Positions 17,503-27,238 of a stretch of 64,000 nt of DNA are shown here, piece after piece. How positions within the stretch are numbered: position 1 is the stretch's first letter; each line of letters opens with the position of its first letter. The notes under the pieces are model-generated. The model worked only from the letters and a program-made list of their open reading frames with translations. It was not told the origin of the DNA and searched no databases. Both the position numbers and the translations under genes were made by a program. Source of the DNA: Nitrososphaeraceae archaeon (GTDB lineage Archaea > Thermoproteota > Nitrososphaeria > Nitrososphaerales > Nitrososphaeraceae); contig JBIOZG010000015.1 of the NCBI GenBank assembly GCA_044870765.1, positions 10,795 to 74,794 of the forward strand. Direction: 5' to 3'.

Positions 17503-19215
17503 GTGGAATTAATACAAATATCTAACCGTAGCGTAAATAAAGTTAATACAGACAAGCGAACCATACGATTTACTCAGAGCATTTGCCCAGATTGCAATAT
17601 GATTCTTGATGCAGAAGTTTTTGAAAGAGAAGGTAAAGTCTTTATGACAAAAACTTGTCCGACACACGGAGAATGTGAGGAGCTATACTTTGGTTCCTAC
17701 AAGATGTATAATAAATTTAGCACATATTGGATGGATGGAAAAGGAGCACATGCGCCAAATGTAATGGTGGACAAGTGTGCATGCCCGACTAATTGTGGAT
17801 TGTGTACAAACCATTTGTCACACTCTGGCCTTGCTAATATGATAGTTACAAATAGATGCGATCTTACATGCTGGTATTGTTTCTTTTATGTCAAAAAGGG
17901 CTTAGAAGGTGCATATTTGTATGAGCCTACACATCAGCAAGTTCGAGCCATGATGAAAACCCTAAAGGCGGAAAAACCAATTGCTGGAAATTCAATCCAA
18001 ATCACTGGCGGTGAACCCATGCTAAGGGATGATATCACTGATATCATTAGAATTATGAAAGAAGAGGGTGTGGACCACGTGCAAATGAATACAAATGGTA
18101 TTAAATTGGCACTTTCACCAGAAACAATGCGCCAAGTAAGAAATGCTGGTGTAAGTAATCTCTATTTGTCATTTGATGGAGTAACTCCAAGAACTAATCC
18201 AAAGAATCATTGGGAAGTTCCTTATGCCCTGGAATCTGCAAGAAAATCCGGAACCACTGTAGTATTTGTACCTACTGTAATAAAGTCCATTAATGATCAC
18301 GAGCTAGGCCCAATTATTCGATATGCCCAAAAACATCTTGATGTAGTTCACGCAGTAAACTTCCAACCCGTTTCATTAACCGGTAGAATGGGCAAAAAAG
18401 AGCGAGAAAAATATAGAATTACCATTCCAGACTGTATAGAAAGAATCCAAGAACAAACAAATGGTGAAGTATCAGTCGATGATTGGTTCCCTGTTCCATC
18501 ATGTATGCCGTTGACAAATGTTATTGAGGCATTCAGTAAAAAACCAAAATACGAACTTTCGATTCACTTTGCTTGTGGTGCTGGAACGTATGTATTTGAG
18601 GATACTCAAACCAAGAAGTTAATTCCTCTTACGTCATTTGTTGATCTCAAAGGAGTCTTGGAATACTTTGAAGAAAAAGCTGACGAAATAAAATCAGGTG
18701 CAAATAGATACTGGTCAATGTTGCAGGTAATTAGGAAACTAAATCAATTTATAGACAGAGACAAACAACCTCACGGATTGAATCTCGCAAAGATGTTCTC
18801 GAGTATATTGCTGAAGCGTAATTTTGACTCAGTAGGTTCATGGCATGTTCGTTCGCTCTTCTTGGGAATGATGCACTTCCAGGATAAATATAACGAAGAT
18901 CTTGAGAGACTGCAGAGATGCGATATTCATTATTTGACTCCTGATTTGCGAATTATTCCATTCTGTGCATTTAACGTAATTCCAGAATGGTATAGGGATA
19001 GAATACAAAAGAAATACAGCATTCCGGTCGAAGAATGGGAAAAAGCTCATGGACAAACACTTGAAGCAGGTTTGTATCGTGGTATTATGAGAAAGGGTAA
19101 ACCGGAGGCCCAAATGGGATGTGCAATGTCAGAAATGCACAAGGCAGCTGCCGAATCTATGGAAAATGATGACCACAAGGCCGTTGAATTAAGAAACGGA
19201 ATGGCCGGCGCCTAA
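17503..19215 (+). CDS. tes: tetraether lipid synthase (GDGT macrocyclase, radical SAM)
   Basis: N-terminal CPDC..CPTHG..C, CPTNCGLC..H, CDLTCWYC, NFQPVSLTGR, HFACG, RCDIHY, IIPFCAFN. Confidence 0.88.
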   Translation: MELIQISNRSVNKVNTDKRTIRFTQSICPDCNMILDAEVFEREGKVFMTKTCPTHGECEELYFGSYKMYNKFSTYWMDGKGAHAPNVMVDKCACPTNCGLCTNHLSHSGLANMIVTNRCDLTCWYCFFYVKKGLEGAYLYEPTHQQVRAMMKTLKAEKPIAGNSIQITGGEPMLRDDITDIIRIMKEEGVDHVQMNTNGIKLALSPETMRQVRNAGVSNLYLSFDGVTPRTNPKNHWEVPYALESARKSGTTVVFVPTVIKSINDHELGPIIRYAQKHLDVVHAVNFQPVSLTGRMGKKEREKYRITIPDCIERIQEQTNGEVSVDDWFPVPSCMPLTNVIEAFSKKPKYELSIHFACGAGTYVFEDTQTKKLIPLTSFVDLKGVLEYFEEKADEIKSGANRYWSMLQVIRKLNQFIDRDKQPHGLNLAKMFSSILLKRNFDSVGSWHVRSLFLGMMHFQDKYNEDLERLQRCDIHYLTPDLRIIPFCAFNVIPEWYRDRIQKKYSIPVEEWEKAHGQTLEAGLYRGIMRKGKPEAQMGCAMSEMHKAAAESMENDDHKAVELRNGMAGA

Positions 19216-19337
19216 AGTTTTTACTTTACCCTCATTCTTATTTTTCACATTTTAGTCTATAGTATACCTTACTTTCTGCAAGTTAATTTTTTAGAATTCT
19301 ATAATTTTGGACTGAAATCAGAATAAGATTTAATTGA

Positions 19338-20219
19338 ATGCAACTTCCAATTTTCACAATGTCTAATATGAAATACATTCAACTTGAACCTCAAGGCGAA
19401 ATTGCTCTACTGAGAATAAACAGACCTGAAGCGCTGAATGCAATGAATTCAGATGTAATTTCTGAGCTGTCTCGGACAATTGATATTGTAGGCACAGATG
19501 AAAGTATCAAAGTTGTAATTATAACAGGGGCAGGGGAAAAATCCTTCTGTGCCGGTGCAGATATCTCATACATGGTGAACATAGATCCTATATCGGCAGA
19601 AAAGTACGCTTCATCAGCGCAATCTGTACTGAATAAAATTGAACGCCTCAATAAACCAGTGATAGCAGCCGTAAACGGGTATGCATTGGGTGGCGGTTGT
19701 GAGTTAGCGATGGTTTGCGATATTCGGATTGCCTCAAGTAATGCAAAACTGGGTCAACCTGAAGTAACTATAGGAATTCCTCCTGGTTGGGGAGGAACAC
19801 AAAGGCTAATGAGGTTGGTTGGACCTGCGAAAGCAAAGGAATTAGTTTTCACAGGAAGGATGGTGTCTGCTGATGAAGCCTTTCATCTGGGTCTGGTTAA
19901 TACCGTGATTAGCTTGAACTCCGATGATAATCTGCCTCCGGAAGCACCAAAAGACAACAAGGAGAAGGAAAAGGAACGGAATATTCAGATTGCAAAACTT
20001 CTCAATACCAAGCTTTTGAATGAATGCGTTAATTTGGCCAAGCAAATTGCACAGAATAGTTTTAACGCCGTGAAAGTCAGTAAAATGTTGATTAACAGGG
20101 GTATGGATGCAGATCTGGATACAGGACTTCGATTAGAGATTTACGGCTGGTCCTTGTGTTTTGCACATGAAGATAGACAAAAGATGATGTCAGAATTTCT
20201 AAACAAAAGCAAGAAGTGA
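19338..20219 (+). CDS. crotonase-family enoyl-CoA hydratase, probably the 3-hydroxypropionyl-CoA dehydratase/crotonyl-CoA hydratase of the 3HP/4HB cycle
   Basis: INRPEALNA, FCAGADI, GYALGGGCEL, GQPEV, PGWGGTQRL; true start probably 19359 or 19368. Confidence 0.88.
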   Translation: MQLPIFTMSNMKYIQLEPQGEIALLRINRPEALNAMNSDVISELSRTIDIVGTDESIKVVIITGAGEKSFCAGADISYMVNIDPISAEKYASSAQSVLNKIERLNKPVIAAVNGYALGGGCELAMVCDIRIASSNAKLGQPEVTIGIPPGWGGTQRLMRLVGPAKAKELVFTGRMVSADEAFHLGLVNTVISLNSDDNLPPEAPKDNKEKEKERNIQIAKLLNTKLLNECVNLAKQIAQNSFNAVKVSKMLINRGMDADLDTGLRLEIYGWSLCFAHEDRQKMMSEFLNKSKK

Positions 20220-20247
20220 GAATACAGCCTTTTCCATATCTTTCAAA

Positions 20248-21210
20248 TCAAGATTTCGAAATTACTCTGGCTCCACCACTTGGGTGACAAACATAGGCTT
20301 TACTTTGAATATTAGAACTGACAAAACCCTCTTCCATTGATTGTCCAATTTTGCTCGCATTCTTTTTAGTATTTGTAAATGCAATCATCGACGGTCCAGC
20401 GCCGCTTATGGTTACTGCTAGGGCGCCAGAACTAATTGCATTTGATTTTACTTTATCATATCCTGGAATAAGGCTCTTCCTGGCAGGTTCTACAATTAAA
20501 TCGTTCATCCCCTTCGATAAAAGTTTGGTATCCTGATGAAAAAAACCACTTACTATGATACATGCATTTGACAAATTTCTTGTATGATCTTCTATTGGTA
20601 TCCTGTTTGGTATCACGCTTCTCGCATGTTTTGTTTTCTTAATTGGAGTTATCAAGTTGGGAACGCAAACTATTATTACCAGGTCTTTAGGTGTGTCTAT
20701 TTTGATAAATTCAAGAGAAGGGAATGTTCTTACAACCACAAATCCTCCAAATAGTGAAGCGACTACATTATCATAATGCTTTACACCCGCACTACTTACT
20801 TCACCTTCTGCAGCGAAATCCAGTAATTCATATTCGGTTAACCTGCATTGAAATAATTCGTTGAATGCTGTAACGGCTGCAGCACTGGATGCAGCGCTGC
20901 TTCCCAATCCCAGTCCTATTGGCACTCCCTTGGTGATCCTAATCTCAAGATCGTTTTTGATTTTCTTTTTTTGAGCGATTTTCATTACGGCGAGACTCGC
21001 AGTATTTTCTTCAACTATGGATGGAATGCTGGTATTATTGTCTAATGTGATTCTTATTTTTCCATTCGTTGTTGCTAACTTGTGGATAGATACGGTATCA
21101 TAAAAAAGATCTAGTCCCAGACCAAATACATCAAAGCCTGGACCTAGATTGGCCGTTGAGGAGGGGGCCGTTGCCTTACAAAAATCAAAAGTTGCTTTCA
21201 TTTGCATCAC
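20248..21210 (-). CDS. thrB: homoserine kinase
   Basis: PSSTANLGPGFD, PIGLGLGSSAAS, HYDNV, ISGAGPS. Confidence 0.95.
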   Translation of the reverse strand: MMQMKATFDFCKATAPSSTANLGPGFDVFGLGLDLFYDTVSIHKLATTNGKIRITLDNNTSIPSIVEENTASLAVMKIAQKKKIKNDLEIRITKGVPIGLGLGSSAASSAAAVTAFNELFQCRLTEYELLDFAAEGEVSSAGVKHYDNVVASLFGGFVVVRTFPSLEFIKIDTPKDLVIIVCVPNLITPIKKTKHARSVIPNRIPIEDHTRNLSNACIIVSGFFHQDTKLLSKGMNDLIVEPARKSLIPGYDKVKSNAISSGALAVTISGAGPSMIAFTNTKKNASKIGQSMEEGFVSSNIQSKAYVCHPSGGARVISKS

Positions 21211-21968
21211 TAGTCTGCTTTTTCTTCACCAAGATTAAGTACCCTAGAGAGTGCTGCAGTAAGATTTACCATACCACTCATTGTTAAACTTGAAACGAGA
21301 ATCGGATTTTGCATTAATTTATTTTTTGACAATGCGTGTAACAGATCCTTGCTCAGCAAGGAATATTCGCTATTCTTTTCACCCTGCAATGCATCTTCTA
21401 GATATGATCTAGAGGACCATCTGACAATTTCCTGCAACTTGTCAATTACAAGGTCTCTTTTTGTCATTACGTCTATCTGGGAAATGTTCAAACGCAGCCT
21501 TACAGAGGTTGCTATCAATGCTATTGAAATAAAATTTATTGGGCTGGAGGACGCTAAAATCCCATCAAAAGTAAAAATGTTTATCTTGTTATCAGATTGA
21601 AAATTTGAAATAAAATAAGGGCCACTAGCCCTGAATATGAATAACTCTATTTGACCAGGGGTGTCTACAACCACGAAATCTGGATTCAAATCAAAAACCT
21701 CATCCTGAATCTCATCAAGTTTTGTAGCTATTAAATCGGCTGCCATAATCAGCGCGCCATTTGGCCCCAGATCGTGTTCGGACATTATCTTGGAGATATC
21801 AATGTAATTTCTCACATCAACATCAGGCTCATATGGCAATGAAAGCACACCTGGATCTAGATTCAAGGAGATAGGATAGAAATTATTGTCTTTGTACCAT
21901 TCGATTAGTTTGGATGTAAGAAGTGATTTTCCAGCTCCTGCCGTCCCCGTGACAAAAATTGATTCCAA
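21210..21968 (-). CDS. GPN-loop GTPase
   Basis: GTAGAGKS, NLDPG, LGPNGA, DTPGQIELF. Confidence 0.93.
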   Translation of the reverse strand: MESIFVTGTAGAGKSLLTSKLIEWYKDNNFYPISLNLDPGVLSLPYEPDVDVRNYIDISKIMSEHDLGPNGALIMAADLIATKLDEIQDEVFDLNPDFVVVDTPGQIELFIFRASGPYFISNFQSDNKINIFTFDGILASSSPINFISIALIATSVRLRLNISQIDVMTKRDLVIDKLQEIVRWSSRSYLEDALQGEKNSEYSLLSKDLLHALSKNKLMQNPILVSSLTMSGMVNLTAALSRVLNLGEEKAD

Positions 21969-22049
21969 ATATACTTGAAAAACAAAGAGTTGAATATATT
22001 AATTCTATTGATTATTATATGACTAGATACTATTTTGCATTGACCGGGA

Positions 22050-23099
22050 TTGAAATGGAGAGTTATTGCAGTTGCAGTAAGCCTTATCCCATTTTTATTA
22101 TTATTTACCTTTACCCCAGTTTCTCCCGCTGATGTGTTTTCTGTAGGACTAGTGCCATTCTTGCTTTCAGTATCGGCTGTCATGGTACGTATCTTATTAC
22201 AAGCATATAGGTTTAGGTATTTTATCAATCACTTCATAGGCCCTAATTATAGTACAACTCTAAAGACCATGAATGCGAGGATTGCCGGTGAATTTGTTAC
22301 ACAGACAACTCCATCATTTATTGGCGGTGAAATAGTAAGGATTGCATGGCTCATTAAAAATGGTGTAACAGCAGGAAAGGCTGCGTGGGTGGCCACAGCA
22401 GAAATAATTGCTGACGTTTTTGTAGGGAGCATTTTGGCATTTATTGCAGGCACTGTGGCCATACTTAGTGGGGGTTCTTTTATTGGTATTTTGGTCATAC
22501 TCGTTGCGATACCAACATTTGGTTTCTGGTTTATGGTGGTTGTGTTGTCTGCGAACAGAAATATACAGCTACCCAATTTTGCTATAAAATTGCTTAAAAG
22601 ATTTTTATCAAAAGAGAGATCAGAACGCCTGATAAATTCAACAAATATTGCTTTAGCTGATTTGTGCAAAATGAGCAGAGAAAATTTTACGTCGTTCAAT
22701 TCAGTGAAGGTCCTGTCAGTAGGAATGGCAATAACGTTCATAGCATTTGTATTTCAAGGTATTTCATTTTTAGTGCTTGCGCAATCAGTTGGTGAACATG
22801 TTGGATTTTTTCAATCATTTATGGCCACATCAGCATCCACTGCTTTATCCACCCTCCCGATTACCATTGGAGGATCAGGTTTAGCAGAATTAGGCATATG
22901 GGCGTACATTACGAATATTAGTTCCATTCCTAATTTAACTGATGTATTGAATTCGTCTCAATTGTCAGTAATCATCGCATGGAGAATTGCCACATATCAT
23001 ATACCACTAGTTATAATGTGGATAGCTCTTATGAGGATTACAATTGGTAAAGATTCTATTGCAAATCAAATTAAATCCAAGAATCGGGACAATAGATAG
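22050..23099 (+). CDS. lysylphosphatidylglycerol synthase TM-like (UPF0104) membrane protein, putative flippase
   Basis: multi-TM; TP..GGE, PITIGGSGLAE, AWRIATY. Confidence 0.85.
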   Translation: MKWRVIAVAVSLIPFLLLFTFTPVSPADVFSVGLVPFLLSVSAVMVRILLQAYRFRYFINHFIGPNYSTTLKTMNARIAGEFVTQTTPSFIGGEIVRIAWLIKNGVTAGKAAWVATAEIIADVFVGSILAFIAGTVAILSGGSFIGILVILVAIPTFGFWFMVVVLSANRNIQLPNFAIKLLKRFLSKERSERLINSTNIALADLCKMSRENFTSFNSVKVLSVGMAITFIAFVFQGISFLVLAQSVGEHVGFFQSFMATSASTALSTLPITIGGSGLAELGIWAYITNISSIPNLTDVLNSSQLSVIIAWRIATYHIPLVIMWIALMRITIGKDSIANQIKSKNRDNR

Positions 23100-23144
23100 T
23101 AAGCAATTAGAAATGATAATGTGCTAATACATTGAGGACTTGCA

Positions 23145-23942
23145 ATGAATAAATTAAGAGGGAAAACAGTCGTTATCACCGGAGCTTCATCTGGTATAGG
23201 AAGATCAACAGTATTTGATTTTGTCAAACAACAAGTCAAATCAATTGTACTTGTTTCCAGAAATAAAGAACGTTTGTCAGAAGTTTCGTCGGAAATCCAT
23301 GGAAAATGCGAGTCTATGGTCGTTGCATGCGACGTGTCAAATAAAACAGAGGTTCTAAAAATGGCAAAGGACGTACTTTCAGTTCATGATGTTGACATAT
23401 TGGTTAACAATGCAGGAATTGGAATTTTAGGTGATGTAGCCAATCAGTCAATAGCAGATATGGAATCAGTTACCAAAACAAATTACTTTGGAATGATTTA
23501 TTGCACTAAAGTATTTCTAGATCCAATGCTAAGAAAGAAAAATGGACACATAGTAAATGTCGCATCACTGGCGGCAAGCTTTGGTATACCTGGGTTGGCG
23601 GCATATTGCGGATCAAAATTTGCCATGTTGGGTTTTTCTGAGTCGCTACGACATGAATTGCATGGGACAGGTGTACATGTTACTGTTGTAAGCCCTATTG
23701 GCGTTAAGACAAATTTTTTCTATCATCCATCTTTTGGAAATAAATTCAAAAGTAAGGAGCGATTTTATCTTGAACCCAATTCTGTATCTAAAGAAATCAT
23801 AAGGGCTTGCACATCAAATAGATTAGAAATAGTTGTACCGTTCTATATGCGTGGCGGAGTATGGTTAAAACACACGATACCATACCTAGTAAATCCAATT
23901 GTGGGTACTTCTTTCCGAAAAATATGGGACATTAAAAATTGA
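23145..23942 (+). CDS. short-chain dehydrogenase/reductase
   Basis: TGASSGIG, LVNNAG, YCGSK (YxxxK). Confidence 0.93.
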   Translation: MNKLRGKTVVITGASSGIGRSTVFDFVKQQVKSIVLVSRNKERLSEVSSEIHGKCESMVVACDVSNKTEVLKMAKDVLSVHDVDILVNNAGIGILGDVANQSIADMESVTKTNYFGMIYCTKVFLDPMLRKKNGHIVNVASLAASFGIPGLAAYCGSKFAMLGFSESLRHELHGTGVHVTVVSPIGVKTNFFYHPSFGNKFKSKERFYLEPNSVSKEIIRACTSNRLEIVVPFYMRGGVWLKHTIPYLVNPIVGTSFRKIWDIKN

Positions 23943-23951
23943 ATTGGTTAT

Positions 23952-24413
23952 TCATTCATCCTCATCTTCACCAGAACTTGTTGATGCCTGGAAATCCGAT
24001 TCTACATCCATAAGCTGAAGATCTTCTAATTCAAATCTAAATATCGCACTCATTTCAAGATTGTAGTTTGTTTTTAACAACTCTACTAGCTTGGCACTTA
24101 ATTCACCCTTAAACATTCTTATTTTAAATTCATAAATGAATCCTTTTAGAAAGTCTGAAATTTTCAAATTATTTGGAACATCCAAACCTTCTATTATTGT
24201 TCTCCCATCGGAAAGTGCTTCATATATTTGCAAATCAATTTTGTGCGCATCTCCGTAAACTGCTAGAATATAGCCAGATCTTGTCAGGATTTCGGGTTTA
24301 TCAAACTGCACAGCTTTAATTTCGTCTTCTGCCCATTGCGGTAGCGTACCTTCATCTCCGGGTGGGTCACTTTTTGCACCTTTATTTGAAACTTGAGTTT
24401 TTGACCTTGGCAT
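23952..24413 (-). CDS. hypothetical protein with acidic C-terminal tail
   Basis: ORF from MPRSK; beta-rich core; ends SSGEDEDE. Confidence 0.7.
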   Translation of the reverse strand: MPRSKTQVSNKGAKSDPPGDEGTLPQWAEDEIKAVQFDKPEILTRSGYILAVYGDAHKIDLQIYEALSDGRTIIEGLDVPNNLKISDFLKGFIYEFKIRMFKGELSAKLVELLKTNYNLEMSAIFRFELEDLQLMDVESDFQASTSSGEDEDE

Positions 24414-24722
24414 GACTAATTTAATAATGATGTACCACATTTGCTTTCTAAAAAACTTTCTACGTAAATATCGTTAGTTTGACAGCAAATAAAATTGATA
24501 AAAATGGAGCTGCGAAAAATTGTATTGTATATAATTAACATTTTAAAATAATTTCAATGATTCTTTTATCCTCATCTTCCCGCCTGTATTATTGGCACAT
24601 TGTAGAATCAAGCCGTAGATATTATTTGAGATGATAATATTATGATTAATCAAATCAACAGAGGGCAATCACACCATTAAGGCTAAAAACCTTTAATGCC
24701 TTAGAAATTATAGACTATAAAG

Positions 24723-25859
24723 TTGACAATTAACAAAATTTATAGTCACTTAAACTCCATTCGCACAATGACTGTTGGAGAATTAATGGAACCGCCTTTA
24801 ATCATATCCAAGGATGAGGCACTGTCAAAAATTATCAGCACTCTGCTTGAAACTGAATCCTATGACATCTTCATTGATTTGTCTGGAAAAATAGCAGCCT
24901 TGAATATTAGGGATATAATTGGAATCAAAGACATAAAAACTACGCGACCTTCATTGGTTGGGAAAATAATTCCCGCATTGAATACGGGGAGTCGAATTGG
25001 CGAAGCGGCGAGGATAATGAGTCATTACAGGATGAGAACTTTACCTGTAGTTCGCAATGGTAACATTGAGGGACAACTTTCAGCTAGGCGGATTGTTGAA
25101 TTAATCCGGAAGCAGTTGACTGAGAAAAAATTGAAAATTGTCGCATCCAATGTGATGACCGGTGATCCCATAGTTATTGATTCACACAAGACTGTGACAG
25201 CTGCCAAATCCATAATGAAAAGGAGGAGAATTGATCATATACCAGTAGTTGATAACGGGCGTCTTGTCGGCATCATAACTTCATCTGACATTATGAATGT
25301 AATGTCACCTCCTGAAAGGATAGGTAAAAAATCAGTAGGTATTGATAATACTGAAGATAACCTTTCGATTGAAGTTTCTGGACTGGCAAACAATAATGTA
25401 ATAACCGCCGGAGTAGATGAAAGTGTCCAGGTAGTCTGCGATAGAATGCTGAGTTCACGGTCTACTTATTGCATAATTAAATTATGGGATGAAATTCAAG
25501 GCATTATTACTTATAGAGACATTGTTGCACTTTTGGGAGAAAAGATTGAGGAAGAGATACCTATGTTTATCGTGGGACTACCCGATGAACCATTTGACGC
25601 GGAGCTAGCTAAATCGAAATTTGCAAACATCACCAGATTTATGAGAAGAATTCATCCCGATATAGAACAGGCTCGCTGCCACATTAAATTGAGAAGCGTC
25701 TTGGGCTCAAGGAAGAGATACGAAATAGATGTACACATAAGTTCTACTCATGGTAACATTTCTTATACCAATGTCGGTTGGGACTTGGCAAAGCTCTTTG
25801 ATGAAATGACCAATGCTCTGAAAAAAAAGGTTTCCCAAAAACATAAAAGAACTCTATAG
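24723..25859 (+). CDS. 4x CBS domain protein fused to an HPF/RaiA-like domain; candidate ribosome hibernation factor
   Basis: CBS repeats (VGELM..P, LPVV..G.IEG.LS, NVMT..P, IPVVD.G.LVGIIT..DI, GIITYRDI); C-terminal ~90 aa with HPF-like pattern ending GWDLAKLFDEMTNALKKKV. Confidence 0.75.
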   Translation: MTINKIYSHLNSIRTMTVGELMEPPLIISKDEALSKIISTLLETESYDIFIDLSGKIAALNIRDIIGIKDIKTTRPSLVGKIIPALNTGSRIGEAARIMSHYRMRTLPVVRNGNIEGQLSARRIVELIRKQLTEKKLKIVASNVMTGDPIVIDSHKTVTAAKSIMKRRRIDHIPVVDNGRLVGIITSSDIMNVMSPPERIGKKSVGIDNTEDNLSIEVSGLANNNVITAGVDESVQVVCDRMLSSRSTYCIIKLWDEIQGIITYRDIVALLGEKIEEEIPMFIVGLPDEPFDAELAKSKFANITRFMRRIHPDIEQARCHIKLRSVLGSRKRYEIDVHISSTHGNISYTNVGWDLAKLFDEMTNALKKKVSQKHKRTL

Positions 25860-26153
25860 TATAGTTGGAGCTGGAAATAAGGATCAATAATACTTGCCAA
25901 TGAGTATAGTAATGCTTAATCAACTTTAAAAATTTCTTCTTTCTGATACAACTTTGTGATACTATGTCAAAGGATAGGCCGGTTGCAAACAAAAGTAAGA
26001 ACAAAAAGGAGACTCTTATGCGGTCACTTTGTTTTTTTACACTAGGCCGCTAGTATAACTGACGTACTGCATCCAAACTAAAATGGATGTTGTTTTGTTA
26101 TTAAAAGAAAATTAATTCTTGACTTAATCGATGCTGAGCAGTTTTTTTTACTC

Positions 26154-27224
26154 TTAGGCTATGCATAATTCTTCATTTAGTGGGTAAAGATATACATTAG
26201 CTGTTTCCTCTCCAATTCTTGTTGAGTGAATTCTTATCCCATTTTGGATTTCTTCTCCGTCTATTCCTATTCCTTGTACGCCAAGTATTGATCCAGGTTC
26301 AATTGATTCATCACTGGGTATGAATTGATTTCCGGGATATGGTTCTAGTGTAACTCTTTCTTCTCCCAGTATTCCTAAATCTCGCACTGAATTGGACATG
26401 ACACGTCCCCCGTCGTTCAAGATCATATCTATGTCGTATAGTCGTCTAACCTGTACCATCGCAGAATGCATATCGAAGTTTTTGCCCGTTACAACATAAT
26501 CAACCAAATCTGATTCAGGAATTAACCTTGATGCGTATTCATGCCCTGATTCATTTGTCAAAAAGATCACACTAATTCCGTTTTTGGGATCAAGAATTTT
26601 TATTTTGTTTTTCAGGTAGAGATCAGCCAGTTTAAGTCTACGAAATGTTTTATCAGATCTGGCTACAACAAATTGATGGAACATTGAATTTGTAACTATT
26701 TTTTCTCTAAGCTTTATGAGATCTTCGTAAATTTCTGGAGCTAATTCTCTTACAGCATCTCCAAAAAATTCCCAATTCCAAATTTGTTCTTTGTTGACAA
26801 CTAGATTGTCTGCGCTTATCATCATTGCTTTTGAACCCATCAAGATTCTGTGAGTTGACGCAAATATGCTATCTCCTAACTTTCTAGTCCCACCAGTTAA
26901 AGATAAAACGCCACCACCAGGTTTATGAGTAATCTTGTAAATGTAAACCCCTTTACCACTATCCTTTGTTCTTGCTGCGACATAACTTGTGGCTTGATAC
27001 GGGACACTCATCTTACTAACATAACCAGAAGAAGCACCGATAACTATCTCTGGTAAAATTTTACCCAGATATTCGAGTCCAAAGTCAATCGAAGGTGATA
27101 TAACCTTTAGACCTCTATTGATAAAATGACAATAGAGTTCTTCTGAGATTGCTCCAATTTCTAATAATAATGATAGTTGTTTCTTATATCTTGACGTTGT
27201 AGAGGCCATAGAACAAGTTAGCAT
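26154..27224 (-). CDS. divergent RibD-C/dihydrofolate-reductase-fold protein
   Basis: THRILMGSKAMMISADNL and DMILNDGGRVMSNSVRDLGILGEERVTLEP resemble RibD-C motifs. Confidence 0.55.
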   Translation of the reverse strand: MLTCSMASTTSRYKKQLSLLLEIGAISEELYCHFINRGLKVISPSIDFGLEYLGKILPEIVIGASSGYVSKMSVPYQATSYVAARTKDSGKGVYIYKITHKPGGGVLSLTGGTRKLGDSIFASTHRILMGSKAMMISADNLVVNKEQIWNWEFFGDAVRELAPEIYEDLIKLREKIVTNSMFHQFVVARSDKTFRRLKLADLYLKNKIKILDPKNGISVIFLTNESGHEYASRLIPESDLVDYVVTGKNFDMHSAMVQVRRLYDIDMILNDGGRVMSNSVRDLGILGEERVTLEPYPGNQFIPSDESIEPGSILGVQGIGIDGEEIQNGIRIHSTRIGEETANVYLYPLNEELCIA

Positions 27225-27238
27225 AGGGCTATATTATC

